From Phoronis australis (taxonomy: Eukaryota; Animalia; Phoronida), in NCBI GenBank assembly GCA_002633005.1, contig NMRA01000010.1, forward strand, positions 1,171,252 to 1,235,251: a stretch of 64,000 nucleotides of DNA, written 5' to 3'. Below, one piece after another: positions 1 through 13,700 of this stretch. The translations under genes were made by a program, and so were the position numbers. Position 1 is the first letter of the stretch; every line of letters starts with the position of its first letter. The notes under the pieces are model-generated. The model was not told where the DNA came from, did no database searches, and was given only the letters and a program-made list of their open reading frames with translations.

Positions 1-493
1 TGTCATATCGTAGAGATACCTATCATCGTCAGACTCCAATGGTCGTCCGCCATCTTCTTTTGCGTGCAGCCACGCGGATCTTAGCGTTCCAATCTGGAGT
101 GCTCGTCTGCGCGTTAGGTACTAACCTCTCGGGAGAAACACGCATCGAAGAACTGAGACGGAAATCGGTGCATTTACCGACTGTTTTTTTGAAACCACTT
201 TAAAACTTGTAAATTTTACTAATGCACTTTTTTTGTTCATTTTCAGATGATATTTTTGAAATAAATTTTCTTCAGACGGAACAAAAAACAACCCAGGAAT
301 TGTTTATGCAATGTATCTTTTTGTCCCAGGCACTAACCGACACCTGTTAGGCCAAGAGAAAAATGCAGCACACAAATGCAACACGATGAGTGCTTAACAG
401 TTTCGGACCACGCATAGGTCATCAAAATATTGTCGAAATTGTTGCAAAACACAGTATTGAGCTCATTAACATTTCTTTGAAATTTTTGGTTCA

Positions 494-1059
494 GGGCTGT
501 TCCAGTAAAATCTGTATGGGAGGGGGGGAAGGCACCTTTTTTCGCTCCCACCACCCATATTTTTCATTTATTTCTTCAGCCTACCACCCGTAATTTTTTA
601 TAAGTTTGAAATGCACCCACCCGTAGTTTTTTTTTTGTTCTTGTGGTTGACTGCACAGGCGCTTGAGTTCATGTGTTCCTCCATCACCACTAACGTCATT
701 CATTACTAAGAAAACATATGTTTCTTATATATGGTGATTAGCCATCGAGAAATTCGAGCACCTGTGGTTAAATGGTGTTATGGGCATGCCAATGAGGAGA
801 TCGGAGGGAGTGAAAAAGTCAGAGCTTTTTGCAAGTTGCATTTTTGTTTCAGTTTTTGATTCTGTGCGGATTGTTTATAAAATTTACTAACATTACCCAC
901 CATCAAACATTTATGGCCCAATGAAACAACAACGACCTGTAAATTTTTATTTTTTTTGAAGTACGACCACCAGCCATTTTGAATTTAAATCAAACGCAAC
1001 CACTCATAAATTTTTATTTCAGTTGCCTCCCCCCCACACAGATTTTGCTGGAACAGCCC
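494..1059. mobile_element. Non-autonomous TIR element (PIF/Harbinger-like MITE)
   Basis: Left end GGGCTGTTCCAGTAAAATCTGTATGGG and right end CCCACACAGATTTTGCTGGAACAGCCC are inverted repeats. 3-bp TSD TCA at 491-493 and 1060-1062. TNA TSD with GG termini is typical of PIF/Harbinger. Confidence 0.75.
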
Positions 1060-1299
1060 TCAGGCATTTTGGATTTATTTGAAGAAAATTAAAATACTTG
1101 CATTGATAGAGAGTGGCCACCAATAAAGTAAAACATTGACTTTATTTCACTATATTGCATTGTAACATACAACACAGCATGACATAATTAAAAATAAAAT
1201 AAGAGTTAAGAGGTTGAGCAATAACATGCAAATGCAACTTGGGTATTTATTTATTTATGATTGAAGAAGCCTGTTAAAGATGAGAAAAAAAATCAGATA

Positions 1300-2657
1300 C
1301 CGTAATCGTTCGGGTTAACGCCCATGCTCAGTTAACCGCCCACCCCCTACTTTAGGTGAATTTCGATTTAACCGCCCACTGCTCGGTTAACCGCCCCCCT
1401 GCTATTTTTGAAGATTTCCAATTAACCGCCCACTGCTCGGTTAACCGCCCATCCCCTACTTTTGCCGATTGGTGATTACCGCCCTGTGCTAATAGGAAAC
1501 GCGAATCCCCGACCTTTTAGATTAAGATCGATGATAACATTGAGTGCAACGACGGCCTCAGAGACCGCGGTTTAGCAATGTGAATTATGATACCAGTAAC
1601 AAATTATTGTAACGGGTCATCGATTAACTTCAAAATGTAATACTTGAACACTTTGTCACTTTCTTTTCTTCTCATGTTCGCAAACTTTAGGAACCGCGCT
1701 GGCGTCTACACCTCCACTTTCAGCCACAATCTCTGCCGCACTGAGTTATCGACTACAGTGCACTATATAAAAGATGCATTCGAAATAACCAGGTCAGAGA
1801 AATGTGACATTGCTTTTGCCAACCCTCTGAATGCGCTTTAGGTTGTAAGCTCTCGGGATTTTGAAGAATTCCCATAAACCGCGAAAAGTTGATAAATTCT
1901 TTATATTTTGGTGAGTGTAATTGCCGGGTTATCGAGATCCCCGTCTTTCGAGTACTCTCGTCACAGTGCATGGCAACTGAATAGTTGAACCCGATTTCGT
2001 GATTGATTATACATTTTTATGCTTTTTGACCATTCAGACCAGGAGTACATTCTGTTATCTCGAAATAATTTTGAACTGAAATTCGGAACTGCTGGTAGTC
2101 CTTGTCTACGTGACCGTCAGTTAAGTTGTTTATTATGGGAGTGCACTGATCAAACAGGAAAAATGGGTCAGCACGTGACCACAACTGGGTTAAAACGACA
2201 GCACAGCTACCGTCTGCTACGCAGGTGAACATGTTCAACGTCTGCGAAGTATAGTGAAATAATGAGCATAATTCGCAATAATCGGTCTCACCTGAGGCGC
2301 CATATTATGCAGCAAACTTTCTATGCAAGCGTTCGGAGTTTGACCACACTCTACATTTTCGAAACTATTTGTTAATTAGAGTGCGCAGAGTACGCACTTG
2401 GTGGCGATAAAGTTCTTTTCAAAGTGTTAGGCGATCCCAGTATGTGGCTTAGTACGTGTGGTGACTCAGATCATAAGGTAAGATTAACCGCCCAGGGCGG
2501 TTGCCTGTCGTAATAAGCGCCCATGTTCAGTTAACCGCCCCCCCCCCCGATTTCTTGAAATTTCACGTTTAAGCGCCCATGTCTGGTTAACCGCCCACCC
2601 CCGATTTTTTGGGTTCGCCAATTTAACCGCCCAGGGCGTTAACCCGAACGATTACGG
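1300..2657. mobile_element. Non-autonomous Tc1/mariner-type DNA transposon
   Basis: Perfect 24-bp TIR CCGTAATCGTTCGGGTTAACGCCC, TA TSD (1298-99, 2658-59), many subterminal TTAACCGCCC repeats at both ends, no transposase ORF. Confidence 0.85.
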
Positions 2658-3567
2658 TAATATGATATTCGGTAATTTATTAGAACAACTGTATTGAGGT
2701 TCAATGATCAACTTCTGCTGCCTAAGTCTTGAAGGGTTACAGTTCTGTTTTGGCTGGCAAGGTGTTAACAGAGAATGAAGAAAAACTGAAAAGAAGAAGA
2801 AAGGCAGCAGAGATAAGTGGTGTTAACAATAACAACAGCAGAAGTCAAATAAAGAGGACACAAATAGAAAATGAGTAAGGTCTATCTGGAATAAAACAAT
2901 CAAGATTTATTTTCCAAAACTGAAATTCTGAACCAATTTTAATCGAATTAAAAATCGATATCATATCAGTACAACAGTTTGTGGTTGAACTAGAATTGTT
3001 GTAAACCTCTTTCCACTATTTTCTTGGCCTTTTTCTTTGTGGTTTTCTGTTCTTTAAAAAGGCGGCAGCATATGATGATCGTAGGGTTCATTATAAAATG
3101 GCTGCCAAAAAGCAATGTACAGTTGAAACAACTCGGCATTAATAAGAAAACTCCCAGATTTCATTTGGCAGTTCGAGGGTGCAAATATCTTACATGAAAA
3201 ATCCTGCCTAATACTTTGCTCTCCCCCCCTTAACTAAAAATCCTACATGGGCAGCACATCATAGCCTGATAGGGGGCTGGGGGAGTCTGCAGCCCCCTCT
3301 TTTTTCAGTAGTGCGGCGCCACCCATGTACTATTAGATCGTATCATGGCAGCAAAACATCAGAAAGTAGACAAAACACCATTTGGGAAAACAAACCACTC
3401 TTAACATGAAGGATTTCATCATTTACGCAACAAACTCTTTGTAACAACTTTATTTTGAACGGCGAAGTTGCGATGCCATTGGACTTCAGCGTAGCGGCTC
3501 GTGGCACTGACATGAGGCCACTTAGTAAACTAACGACTGCTGTTTGAAAAGAGACATCTAGTTGAGA

Positions 3568-3723
3568 AAACAGATCAAGTTTGAGTTTAATACTGGAATA
3601 AAACCTTACAAAAATTAGCGATGTTTCGTCCGCATCTCAAGCTGAAGTCCGTGAGATGCGGACGCAATGTCGCTAATTTTTGTAAGTTTTTATTGCTGTA
3701 TTAGACTCAAACTTGATCTGTTT
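3568..3723. repeat. ~155-bp imperfect palindrome (foldback/MITE-like)
   Basis: aaacagatcaagtttgag...cgtccgcatctca pairs with tgagatgcggacg...ctcaaacttgatctgttt around a short loop. Confidence 0.8.
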
Positions 3724-4480
3724 GAAACAGAATGAAGAAATATTTTACTCAATACTTTTGATGTCAAGGTCAACGAAGTCCAAAAAGTCTGAGATAAAGT
3801 AAACTTTTCCCACGAAGTAGACAGGCCAAGTGAAGTTACTTTGTAAAGCCAGTCGCAATTTTATGTCGTGGCAGCCGAGTCTACGTTTTCTCTCAGTCTA
3901 ATGTCATTCACAGCATTCTTATAGTCAATACCCGCATTTGGTGTCTGAACTCGATGTTCTGAAGTTGATACAACCTTAAACTTCTGCACTACCAGAATTC
4001 TTGCACAATATCCCTCCAATGAATTTAAATTAGGTAGATTGAACATAACGATCCACGTGCGTTTTCCATTTACTTGGAAGGGAGTATTAGGTCTGTTGAC
4101 GAAAACCAATATTTCTTGAAAGATTTGACTGGGTTGTCCAAAGCTTGCAACTATGGAATAAACATAATTTTCAGGATTGCCTCAAACTCATTCTTCCAGC
4201 TGAGAACCATCTATTTTCAACTCAAGTTGGAGAGAATTGTAAGAATACCGATATCGGATGTTGTCATAAAAAATTCGGTCCACCGTTCATTACACGAAAA
4301 TTTGCGATTCGTTGACTGGGCCCGGCAGTATCACCGCCATCCGGATCTGGATTATCTGTCATATCTGCATCTGAGTCAACGTCAGTATCCGAAATATCTC
4401 TCGGTTTTCAAAATAATCCTTAGCAGTCCTTCTACGCCTTCTCGCGGCAGACAACATTACTAAGCAGAATGCGCATGTCA

Positions 4481-4630
4481 ATCGATAAGGGAAGCCATGA
4501 TGGAGTTTAATAACGTAAGGACCATGCAATGAAAACAAGACTGCGAGATATCACCATATATTTTCAATGAGAGCACGTGATTTTGGCTACAATTTCTCAC
4601 AGCGAGACATATATTTTGAACTTTACTCAG
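4481..4630 (+). repeat. Dispersed repeat copy (related copy at ~20965-21125)
   Basis: Shared blocks gagtt(t/c)aataa, tattttcaa(t/g)gagagca(c/t)gtgattttggcta and gaac at both loci. Confidence 0.6.
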
Positions 4631-5177
4631 TGACGTCACTAGCTGTCCCAAATCTCTGATTACTCCCCCAAAACCGCAAACGTCGCGCATGCCCGTTACC
4701 GAAGTTGTTGTAAACTGTTTGGCAGATTTTCAGAGGGAGTATGCACCACAGATATAATACGTATGGTGCCAATGAAACTCCTTATAAGTTAATGAGATGA
4801 ATTCCGTCAATCTTGATGGGCCGGTGGCACCTAAAGTAACCAAGGTAATGTTCATCTAAGTGAGAAATACCCAAACAACAACCAATGACAGTCATCAAAA
4901 GCGTTTGCATGCAAAGTTTTGTTGAGACTGGTGCCGGTAAGTCAGACCAGTGTCGTGGGGCCCACGGAATATTGAAAAATGCGCTACGAATATAAAATTC
5001 TGGCTACCCAAAACATGGCCGTTGTAAAAACTCTGCTGCTTGAGTAAGATCGGTGGTTAGGCTTTCCGCAACTGACCATGGAGCCTTTATTCAGTTTCAA
5101 AGGGCTATGGCCAGTTGCTGTCAGGCGTAATTTGAACCAGGGAAGGCCTTATTAACGATTACGACACCTTTTTTACG

Positions 5178-5287
5178 AACTGGTCCCTATTTTTTAAACT
5201 GGTCGCAAAATTTTTAAACAGGACGCGGGACATTTAAACAGGACGCGGGAATTTAAACAGGACGCGCGTTTGGCAAAACAGGACGCT
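5178..5287. repeat. Short tandem repeat (~19-21 bp unit tttaaacaggacgcggga)
   Basis: Three to five degenerate consecutive copies visible. Confidence 0.7.
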
Positions 5288-8200
5288 GCTACACGTTAAA
5301 GGCGGTCGTGGAGAACACTGAACATCAATTTCCCGACTAATCAAAATTAGGCCTTCCGAACAATAGAAAACTCGCCATGAAATTTTGGCCTTGACTTCGA
5401 GAAAAGAACTTGAGGAGGTGTGCATGCATCTAAACTACATCCTGTCCAAATTTCAGGTTTGTAAGCGAGAGTATAGTGCTCTTTTGGATTGGGGGAACAA
5501 GAGAACAAGAGGTACTTTTTCGAAAGTTGATCCCATGGCGGAAAATCATGTGCTAAAAAAGCTTACAAAAATGATTTATCAGCCGTAATTCGTGACAAAA
5601 AGATTACAAACTCATAAGGTAACAATTTATTACTTGAAACTGTCTTATAGTTAACTTTGAAGTCTGAAATCGGGTAATTTACAGATGTGGGTTTTACACG
5701 GAGGCAGATATGGAGCATCATGACCTACTTTTTGATTGTCCTCCCAATTTATGCACTGTACCTGTTTGAGCTAGTTAAGCCACTGGCCTGGAATTGAGGG
5801 TGCCTTGATTTTGTTTTCTTCGAACACTGCGCGTTTTAGTAAATTACAGCTATTCAAGTCAAAGGTGGTCGCCGTACTTAGAAACAGTAAACTGAAAGGG
5901 GTTTCCCAGATTTCAACCAATGGGAATGATTGAATGTTATGATGTCGGTTTTATTACTTTAACGAATGAGAAACCATGTTAAACAACATTCAACAGTGCT
6001 ACCTTTCGTAGCACTGTGAAAGAGTGTAGTTCTCATAGACAGTAACCACCATCTCTAGTTGAACTACAGACGGTGACGCTCATATAGGCTCCTTCATACA
6101 CTGGAAGCTTTTCGGCGAATTATTCTTCACACTGATTAAAAAATAAAAGTCACGTTATAAGTACCTTTTGCGCATAGAAGGACACTTTAGGAGGCCGTCG
6201 ATGTCTTTATTTCCTTCCAACTTGAACAACCGCTCCCGTTGTCAAACTTTTTCTTCTAGCAGTCCCTCATTCAGTTCCCAAAACAGACCTAAAATGCATA
6301 GGATCACAGAGAACTGTGACTCCCTCTACTAAACGTAGGCATACTGGTAACTAAAGCATACTCAGAAGTATCGCACACAGGTTTACCTCACTAGGGATAT
6401 AAGGATAAATAAAGAGACTTGGTAGTAGAAAGTATTTGGTGAATGAATTGGTGTTTAATGACATACCCAACACACTGCCTAAGGCTAAACTTGCACAACT
6501 ACAAGGACGTAATAAATAAATAATAAATACACTCACAAAACACCAAGGAAGAATAAAAAAACAGTTAAATTACCAAGCAGACCAAGAAACCACTTGTCCA
6601 ACTCACTAGTAACCCGCTGGCACGATACCACTCTCCTATCCAACTTTACCGTCCCCCCTCGGACCTAAAGAAAGTGCCCTGGTCAGGTAAAAGTTCTCAA
6701 GAAAAGTGGTTGAATACTCCTAGAAAACCCTAACTAGTGCCAACTACACCAATTGTTGTATTCCTACAGGTTCACTACTAGTAGCTAGGCTTCTAGAAGT
6801 ACTCACCAGTTTAAACGCAGCTATCCGAGCTTGAATAAAACCCAATCTAGGTGCTCATCCCAGATTACTAGCTGAAATATTGCCAGCAGCCTCCCGCTGG
6901 CAGTAGGAATAAAACCAACACCTGGAGAACCATAAAACGAACATATCATTAGACACCACAGATAGATCAAGGACGAACGATGTTGATGACTATATCGCAA
7001 TCAACAAACCAAGTAACAACAAACCTCTCAGAACTTTGTGAATTGTCCTTTTTTAAAAAAAATTTAGTACTGACCAAATCAATTCTTCTGGAAATAACAA
7101 AAATTAAATTTCAAGTATGTGAAAGGAAATTCTCCCCATCAGGAGATATATGCAAGTTCAAGCCAGTGAAATTCGCCTGATATGTTGAAATTCACCAGAT
7201 ACAATGAAATTCTCCCGATTTAAGAACCTGCTTCTGCAGTGCAACGTTCTTGTGGAAAAAATGTGATGTATAATCTTTAACTTCTGGAACAACTGAAATT
7301 ATACCTATCAGGCAATTACATCGCGTTGTGGTCCCTCATAAAAGTTACTCATTTAAAAATAAAGCGAATAACACATATATACATTGAGTTATAATCAACA
7401 CATACCGTTACTGGAGACAATTTTGTCGACACAACTTGAATAACTCCATGAAAATCAGAAATTGATGGGGAGTGATGTAGCCCCTGTATAGCTAACTGAG
7501 GAGCTACGTGTTGCCTAACATCACAACATGATGTCTGCAACTCTCACGTGTTCACTAGTTATATTTATTGACATTGACACCAGTAAATACTAGTATCAGT
7601 ACCTCCAGGTAATAATACAATTGGTAACATTCACAATCTAGGCATCGTGGACGTCTTAAGTTATTAAGTTACTGGAAGATGATCATTGCCCATGCTCATT
7701 AGACACTTGGCCGAACTACAAGAAAATTCGAAAGCCCCTCCATGCAGAGTTGACACCTTTTCCGGGCACCCAATCAGCGGTAGTTTTCTTAGTTGCTAGA
7801 CCCTGTTGTTTACCCTTTTGAATTGTTTGGAATTGAAATGGGACGAGATTTTATGATTATTGACAAAGTTTTGACTTTTTAATATTATACGTCTATTTTT
7901 AATGGACGAAAGGAAGTTTGGCAACCGTGCTGTAGAATGTGGTTTTTTTGAAAGTTAGAAATTGTCAAACTCGGATTCAGCAATATTTACTCCTAATATG
8001 CTAGCGGTGCACTCTGTTTAACAACATTTTGAACAAAAATTTTATTTTACCTCCAGTCTTTGCAGCAACTTGAACATATTCCGCAAGTTCAAGTAATGCT
8101 TACAGCATTATCATAATGCAGCATGGAGGCAGATCCAGTTTGTACATAACTAAATTAATAGCACTTGCAAAACTTGCAAGTGGCCAAAAAGTTAATTTTG

Positions 8201-10560
8201 ACCCCTGATTACTACGACAGATTACGGTATTCTCTCCAGGTAAGGAATGCTCTAACATTACAGCCACCAAAAATTATGCGCTGTTTTTGTTACCTTTTCC
8301 TAGTGAAGTACTAATGGGAATTCGTGGACGATTACATTTCTTCCCTTACAAACAGTCACACTAAAATGTTATGCCAAAGCAGCATTTGCTCCTTTGTTGA
8401 AATGAGTTTTGTTGGCGATCTCAACTGCATACAAAATTTGTGCCATATGGCAGTGTCGTGCGCTTATCGTGCTCTGCGATATTACACGTGTTGTGTAAGC
8501 TAATGACTTGGCTGACTGAGAAAGCGACATCCATTTAAAAGTGAGGGAAACACTCTTTGATCGGCACTGACATCAGAAACAAAAAAGGTGCTAGTCTTTC
8601 TTTATATACCAAACACATCCACTTGGACAGTGATTTCTCTGCTACTAGAATCACTGCATTCAAGGTTTACCGGAGTTTGTAGCATGCGTTTAAGTATTTT
8701 CTGTCTGGTATAGTGACTAAAGTTGTTCACAAAAGCGCAGTTGCCCACGAAGTGCTGCATTTAAAGATAAATGGGTGCATGGTCCCTAGCTGTCATTCGG
8801 GTCACTGTGACCAATCCTGACTGATTTGACTGGCTGTTACAGCATTCACACTGTCTTTTTAATATGGGAGTGCTATTGACTAAAAAAATTATTTTAGGCA
8901 ATTTGGTATACATACCAAACGTGCGCAGGCCACTCAGGTGGGCCCATTGCTCTGATCACCTGAAATTTTTTTGTGGTGTATTTAGGTAAATTGAAGCTGA
9001 AGAGTTTGAGACCGAGGGTCTAACAGTGGGTCTCAAATCCACAACCTTGGGGAATGGAAGCGACATTTATCCCACTATGGCCAAACTGCTTTCTCTACCA
9101 TTGGTTAATCGTGGCCGCAGTAGTTAAAAATATATATGTCTTATAATGTGTTAATGCTTTCGTTGTTGCAAGATTCGAAAGAACTAAACACAAGCGTGAA
9201 CCACTACAGAGAGTTCGACATTCTAATGAATGTCGTGCTGTCTCAGTTGTAAGCTGACCCTGTGTAGGCAAGAACCTCCGCTGGGCTTGAGGGTTGTACT
9301 AGCCTTCATACATTTAACTACCAACATACGAAAGCTACTTCAAAAAGCTACTTCAAATACGTGGGCCGGACTCTGAATTCAGGTGTTCCTGGGTCCTTAG
9401 TTTTAGACAAGGAAGGAGCATCAAATGTCTTTGCGTACCCAAAATAATGATCAGAAGCAGAGGATACCACACTAGCTTAGTGCATAATTATCAGCTTTTG
9501 ATTTGACACATCTGTCTAATTATACTCTTAAGATATACATTCAAACCATTCTTGATCAGTTTTCGCACCTGTTATGGGGAGAAAATTTGTTTTTGTATTT
9601 ACACAATAGTCGAATGCAAATGAAGTGGTTCCTCTGTTACAGTAACGCATAGGCAAACTTTATACTCAACTACATCATTTAATGTGCGGTAGGCTAAGTA
9701 TTCAGGTAGTTTACTGTTGTGTGTTTGTTTAAATATTGATACTAACACAGTTAATATGAGGCTTTATTAAATTCCTTCTAGTTAACAGCATCAAACACCA
9801 ATTGTAGCCTACATCAGATGTGGGTATGGCTCTAATGTGATGTTTCAATATAGAGTATTATAGTGTGAGCCAGTTAATTTCATTAACTTGCCAATTTCAC
9901 AAAGCTGTACTACCTGTGGTCACAAGAAAGGAAGATGGATGTCTCAGCTTTGATCTCCTGCTATTCTGAAATCATAAATCTATCGCACATCAACAGAGTT
10001 TGTTGTTGCGGTTGTAAATGTCAGCTCAGGGGCAAAGGGTGTTTTGTTACCAACCAGATTACAACCACAAAAACGTAATTGCATTTCTCAAGCCACTGAT
10101 AGAGGTGCTTGAAATTTTGCATTCTTATTCCTATCATGGATGGGAGTTTACCTGTCCAGTCAATTTGTTAACAGACCCCATTCAGATTACCTCTGGGAAT
10201 TTTAGCACATAAAACATTTACAAAAATGTGTGTGTTGAAATTAATGGGTGTGTGCTTACAGCAGTTGCACCCATTGTATGTTCCCGTGGTGATGGATTAA
10301 GGCACACCCGGTCCATAACCGGTTATAATTTTCAAAATGCTTAGTTATTCATTTACAGTACTGTGTTAATCTAACCTAACTATTGTTGTTTTTTGAACAT
10401 TTCGATTTTATTTGACTGGATCCCAAGATATAACACTGGCATCGCAGTAAACAATGGAATTAGTAATTCGAATTTACAATCACTCTCTGTGTGTTATTTT
10501 TTCAGGTAAAGCCTATGTGTTCAATCATCCCCAACTCGATGCAATCTAGTTCTTACCAAG

Positions 10561-10798
10561 ATGTCAATAGAACTCCGAATTGAAAGCTTGCTCAAGAATG
10601 ATGCAGCTCGTGTATTTATCAAAGCTAACCCCGCTCAAACTGTTGACAGTCTGATATCAGCGTACTGCATTGAAAAGGGTATCCGCCAACGTACCAGCTA
10701 TGTGTTAACTACGGACTTGAATCAGTGTTTACCTAACGTGTCTACGGTTGGAGCATGCGGACTGAAAAATGGCGACATACTCTATCTCAAGACTGAAA
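10561..10798 (+). CDS. First coding exon of the NTPDase gene: ~79-aa ubiquitin/SUMO-like (beta-grasp) domain
   Basis: MSIELRIESLLKNDAARVFIKANPAQTVDSLISAYCIEKGIRQRTSYVLTTDLNQCLPNVSTVGACGLKNGDILYLKTE has a Ubl-type pattern (T-V-xx-L-xx-AYC-xx-KG; T-V-xxx-GL-K-x-GD-x-L-x-L). Acceptor at 10505, in-frame TAA at 10507, ATG with A at -3, phase-1 donor A|GTAAG at 10798. Confidence 0.7.
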
Positions 10799-13700
10799 GT
10801 AAGATTCCCAATTTCATTTTCCTTACACGCAGATTCATATGGCTCCTAAATAAGGCCAAAAAGCTTAGTTGGTTCTGTTCAGTACTCCGACACATTTTGA
10901 GACCTGTGCTCACTGACTGAAATAGATCATAAAAAAGTGCCCGCCCACATCAATTTCAATTGAGATCTTGTTTTTGGAAACCTGCACACACAAATGCCAT
11001 GATTTTCCAAGCAGTTCATAATTCCCTGTACATGTGAATAAATTTTGTTGCATAGTAGACGCTAAACTTGTTAAATGTCAATTTCGAGATGTCAGCCATT
11101 CTTAAATGCACTGGAACAGAGGCTAACAAGACGATGCCCCTAGCAACCAGTGCTCCGGTGGACTCTGAATTAGGAGTGAAACAATCAAAAGGATAAGAAT
11201 TACCTAATTTGATTGTGTAAAACCTGCAACTAATGCAACAAACACTCTGCAGAATAGACTCTGGGTGGTTCTTCCTCTCAAACGTGGTGTTAGACCTTTT
11301 ATAACCTTTGGGCATGAGGATTATCTTGCATGGCAATCCTAATAAGAAGGCCCTCTGACAGTGACACTCTGACCATCAAGAACAAAGTTCCCTAATTCAC
11401 TCCAAGCGATTATAATTCATCTGATCTCCAAAAGATGGTAGCACATGCACCCCTGTTACAGCTTATAAGGGCGGGTGATCTACACAAGGTGTGTCTACCC
11501 TCAGCCGTGTATTGTCATCTGCCACTTGTGAGTAGTCTAAGCCTGGTCCTTGTATGGATGGAATCCGATATTCATGAGGATTCCTTGGGCCTGACAGAGA
11601 TGTGATGTGCAACGAATTATGTCACAGATATGTAGAGAAGTCATCTGCACTGAGGCTGTAGGAAACAAGTTGAAAAAAACTTGTCTTGGTGGGTATTTGG
11701 CTTCATTCTAGCTACAGTCTCTGTTACGGTTGCCTTTCTTTATCTTCTTTTGCTTGTTTAGTGACGCGGCATTCAACTGTGTCGGGTTTTGCCTCGATGT
11801 TTTGAGTGAATTCCAAACTAAGGAACTATTTCTCCTAATTACTAGTTTTAAATTTCTGTTTGTGAGCAAAAAGAAGTCACCAGGAAAGAAAATCTTCATT
11901 TGTGTACAACCGTCGGTTCACCCAACTTCTTTTGCCATGTACATCAGAGTGTGTATTGCCTTATTGATGTCTGGCTCAAAGCTTTGTGTAACGCATAGTT
12001 CACTTCCCACAGTTTGGTCCCTTGTCAATAAGGCCCTACCTAACCTTAATTAAATTATTTTTAATGAGGAGGAAGATAAAAGTATTTTGCTCTAGACATA
12101 TATGGCATATTCAGGGCTTGGAATTTTCCTCTTTCAAGAGGATTTCCTCTTTTGTGATGTTAATTTCCTCTTATCTGATTTCCTGTTTCCTCTTTTTTCG
12201 TCTCTGTTTTCATTATTTTGACTTTATTCTTGTAAAAACATTTATTTCATTAAAAATTTACATCACAAATTTTTCTATTACACAAGCCTATTTATTTGTG
12301 GAATGATACATCACCTGGAAAAATTTCGTCTTTTTTTGTCCTTGGTCATTCCAAGTCCTGGATCCATATTACCGTAATGTCTGACGTATGCTCAACATAA
12401 ATTGTATAGCTATAGTGAGCAAAATAAAGACACTGTAGAAGCAGCAGGAAAACTGATAGAGGGGACATTGTTGTTGTCAGTATGCCATGTTTTCTTCTCA
12501 GCTCTTATCACACCTTTAAACTGTGATCATTTTGTTTGGTTTAGGCACTTATGGTAGAGTAATGTTGTTAAATGGTGAACAAGTGCTATTTTTATGGAAT
12601 TTTTAAATGTTCTTGTTGTCGAGAGGTCTAAAGCAGGTTTGACTGTTGGTTGTTTGCATTATTTGCCAGCAGTCATGATAAGTCTAGGTTTAGTTCATTC
12701 ATAATTACCCAGCATCAAGGTAGACATACCCCAGCTGCCAGCCTTTGTTATCCTGGTGATGTCAGAGGTCAAGTTTTATGATGTATATGTTTCTGCACAA
12801 ACAGACACATTGCATATTATACCAGCTGCTTTCTACAATTATACAATAATCATTAATAAATAGTTCTTAAGGGTAAATGATGAAATTCTGTAAAAGCACA
12901 GTAATTTCATCAAAGGTTATTTTGTGAAACTGCATCAAAAGAAAACTACGGTTGTCAGTGCAAATCATTAAAGATTTTGTTGGAAAAACACTTCATGGTA
13001 AACTGTCTTTAAGTATTAATAGATTTTGAATACCACATGTCCTGCATACAACTCTCTTGTGTTGTAAGGGCATGGAATCAAGGTCATAAAGACAAAATGC
13101 AATAATTTCTTTCATCCACATGCACATTTTGGACATTTTTGGGGGGAATCACCTGGAATAGCCTACATCACAAGAATGGTGATTGTATGGCATAGTGGTT
13201 GGAAAGATTGGTTTATAGTACAGTTGTGTGTCTATTTTTTGTTTTGATGAAGAAAATTTGTTTGCCAAAACCGGCAATATTTTAGAGCTAATTAGACTGT
13301 GACTGTGAATCTCTGTCAGTTCATCTCTCAATTTTCCTCAGATTTGACAGGTGCACAAAATTTGAACTCATTTGTTATTAAATGAAAAAGCGTCAACTGA
13401 TTACTTTGGTAAATTGTTTTCAAAATAGATTTAGAATTTGGCGTCTATAGACAAGCTAGTCAAACATCCTGCTGCAGTGTAGAATATCTTTGTTTATGGA
13501 AAACCGGATTTGTTATCTTGTAAGCAAGTTATAAGCCTGCATATTGTCAAATTAATAGATTAGGTTTTTGCGTCAGACCACTTGTGGTCATGAAAGTGGT
13601 AACAGTTTGTAACTTATTACTGGTTTCTTCCTTAATGGCTTCTGTGCTTTGAAAGACGTGGTTTGAGACTATGCTCAGTGCAAAAAATGACCCACTGTGA

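Noticed and set aside
6300-7020. Possible retroelement remnant (strand-skewed composition)
   Set aside because: No recognisable protein motif, termini or TSD; cannot be supported.
10799-10920. C-terminal 40 aa of the 119-aa ORF as a stand-alone small Ubl protein
   Set aside because: A consensus donor at 10799 coincides with the end of the Ubl pattern and fits the next exon's phase; the extension looks like intron read-through.
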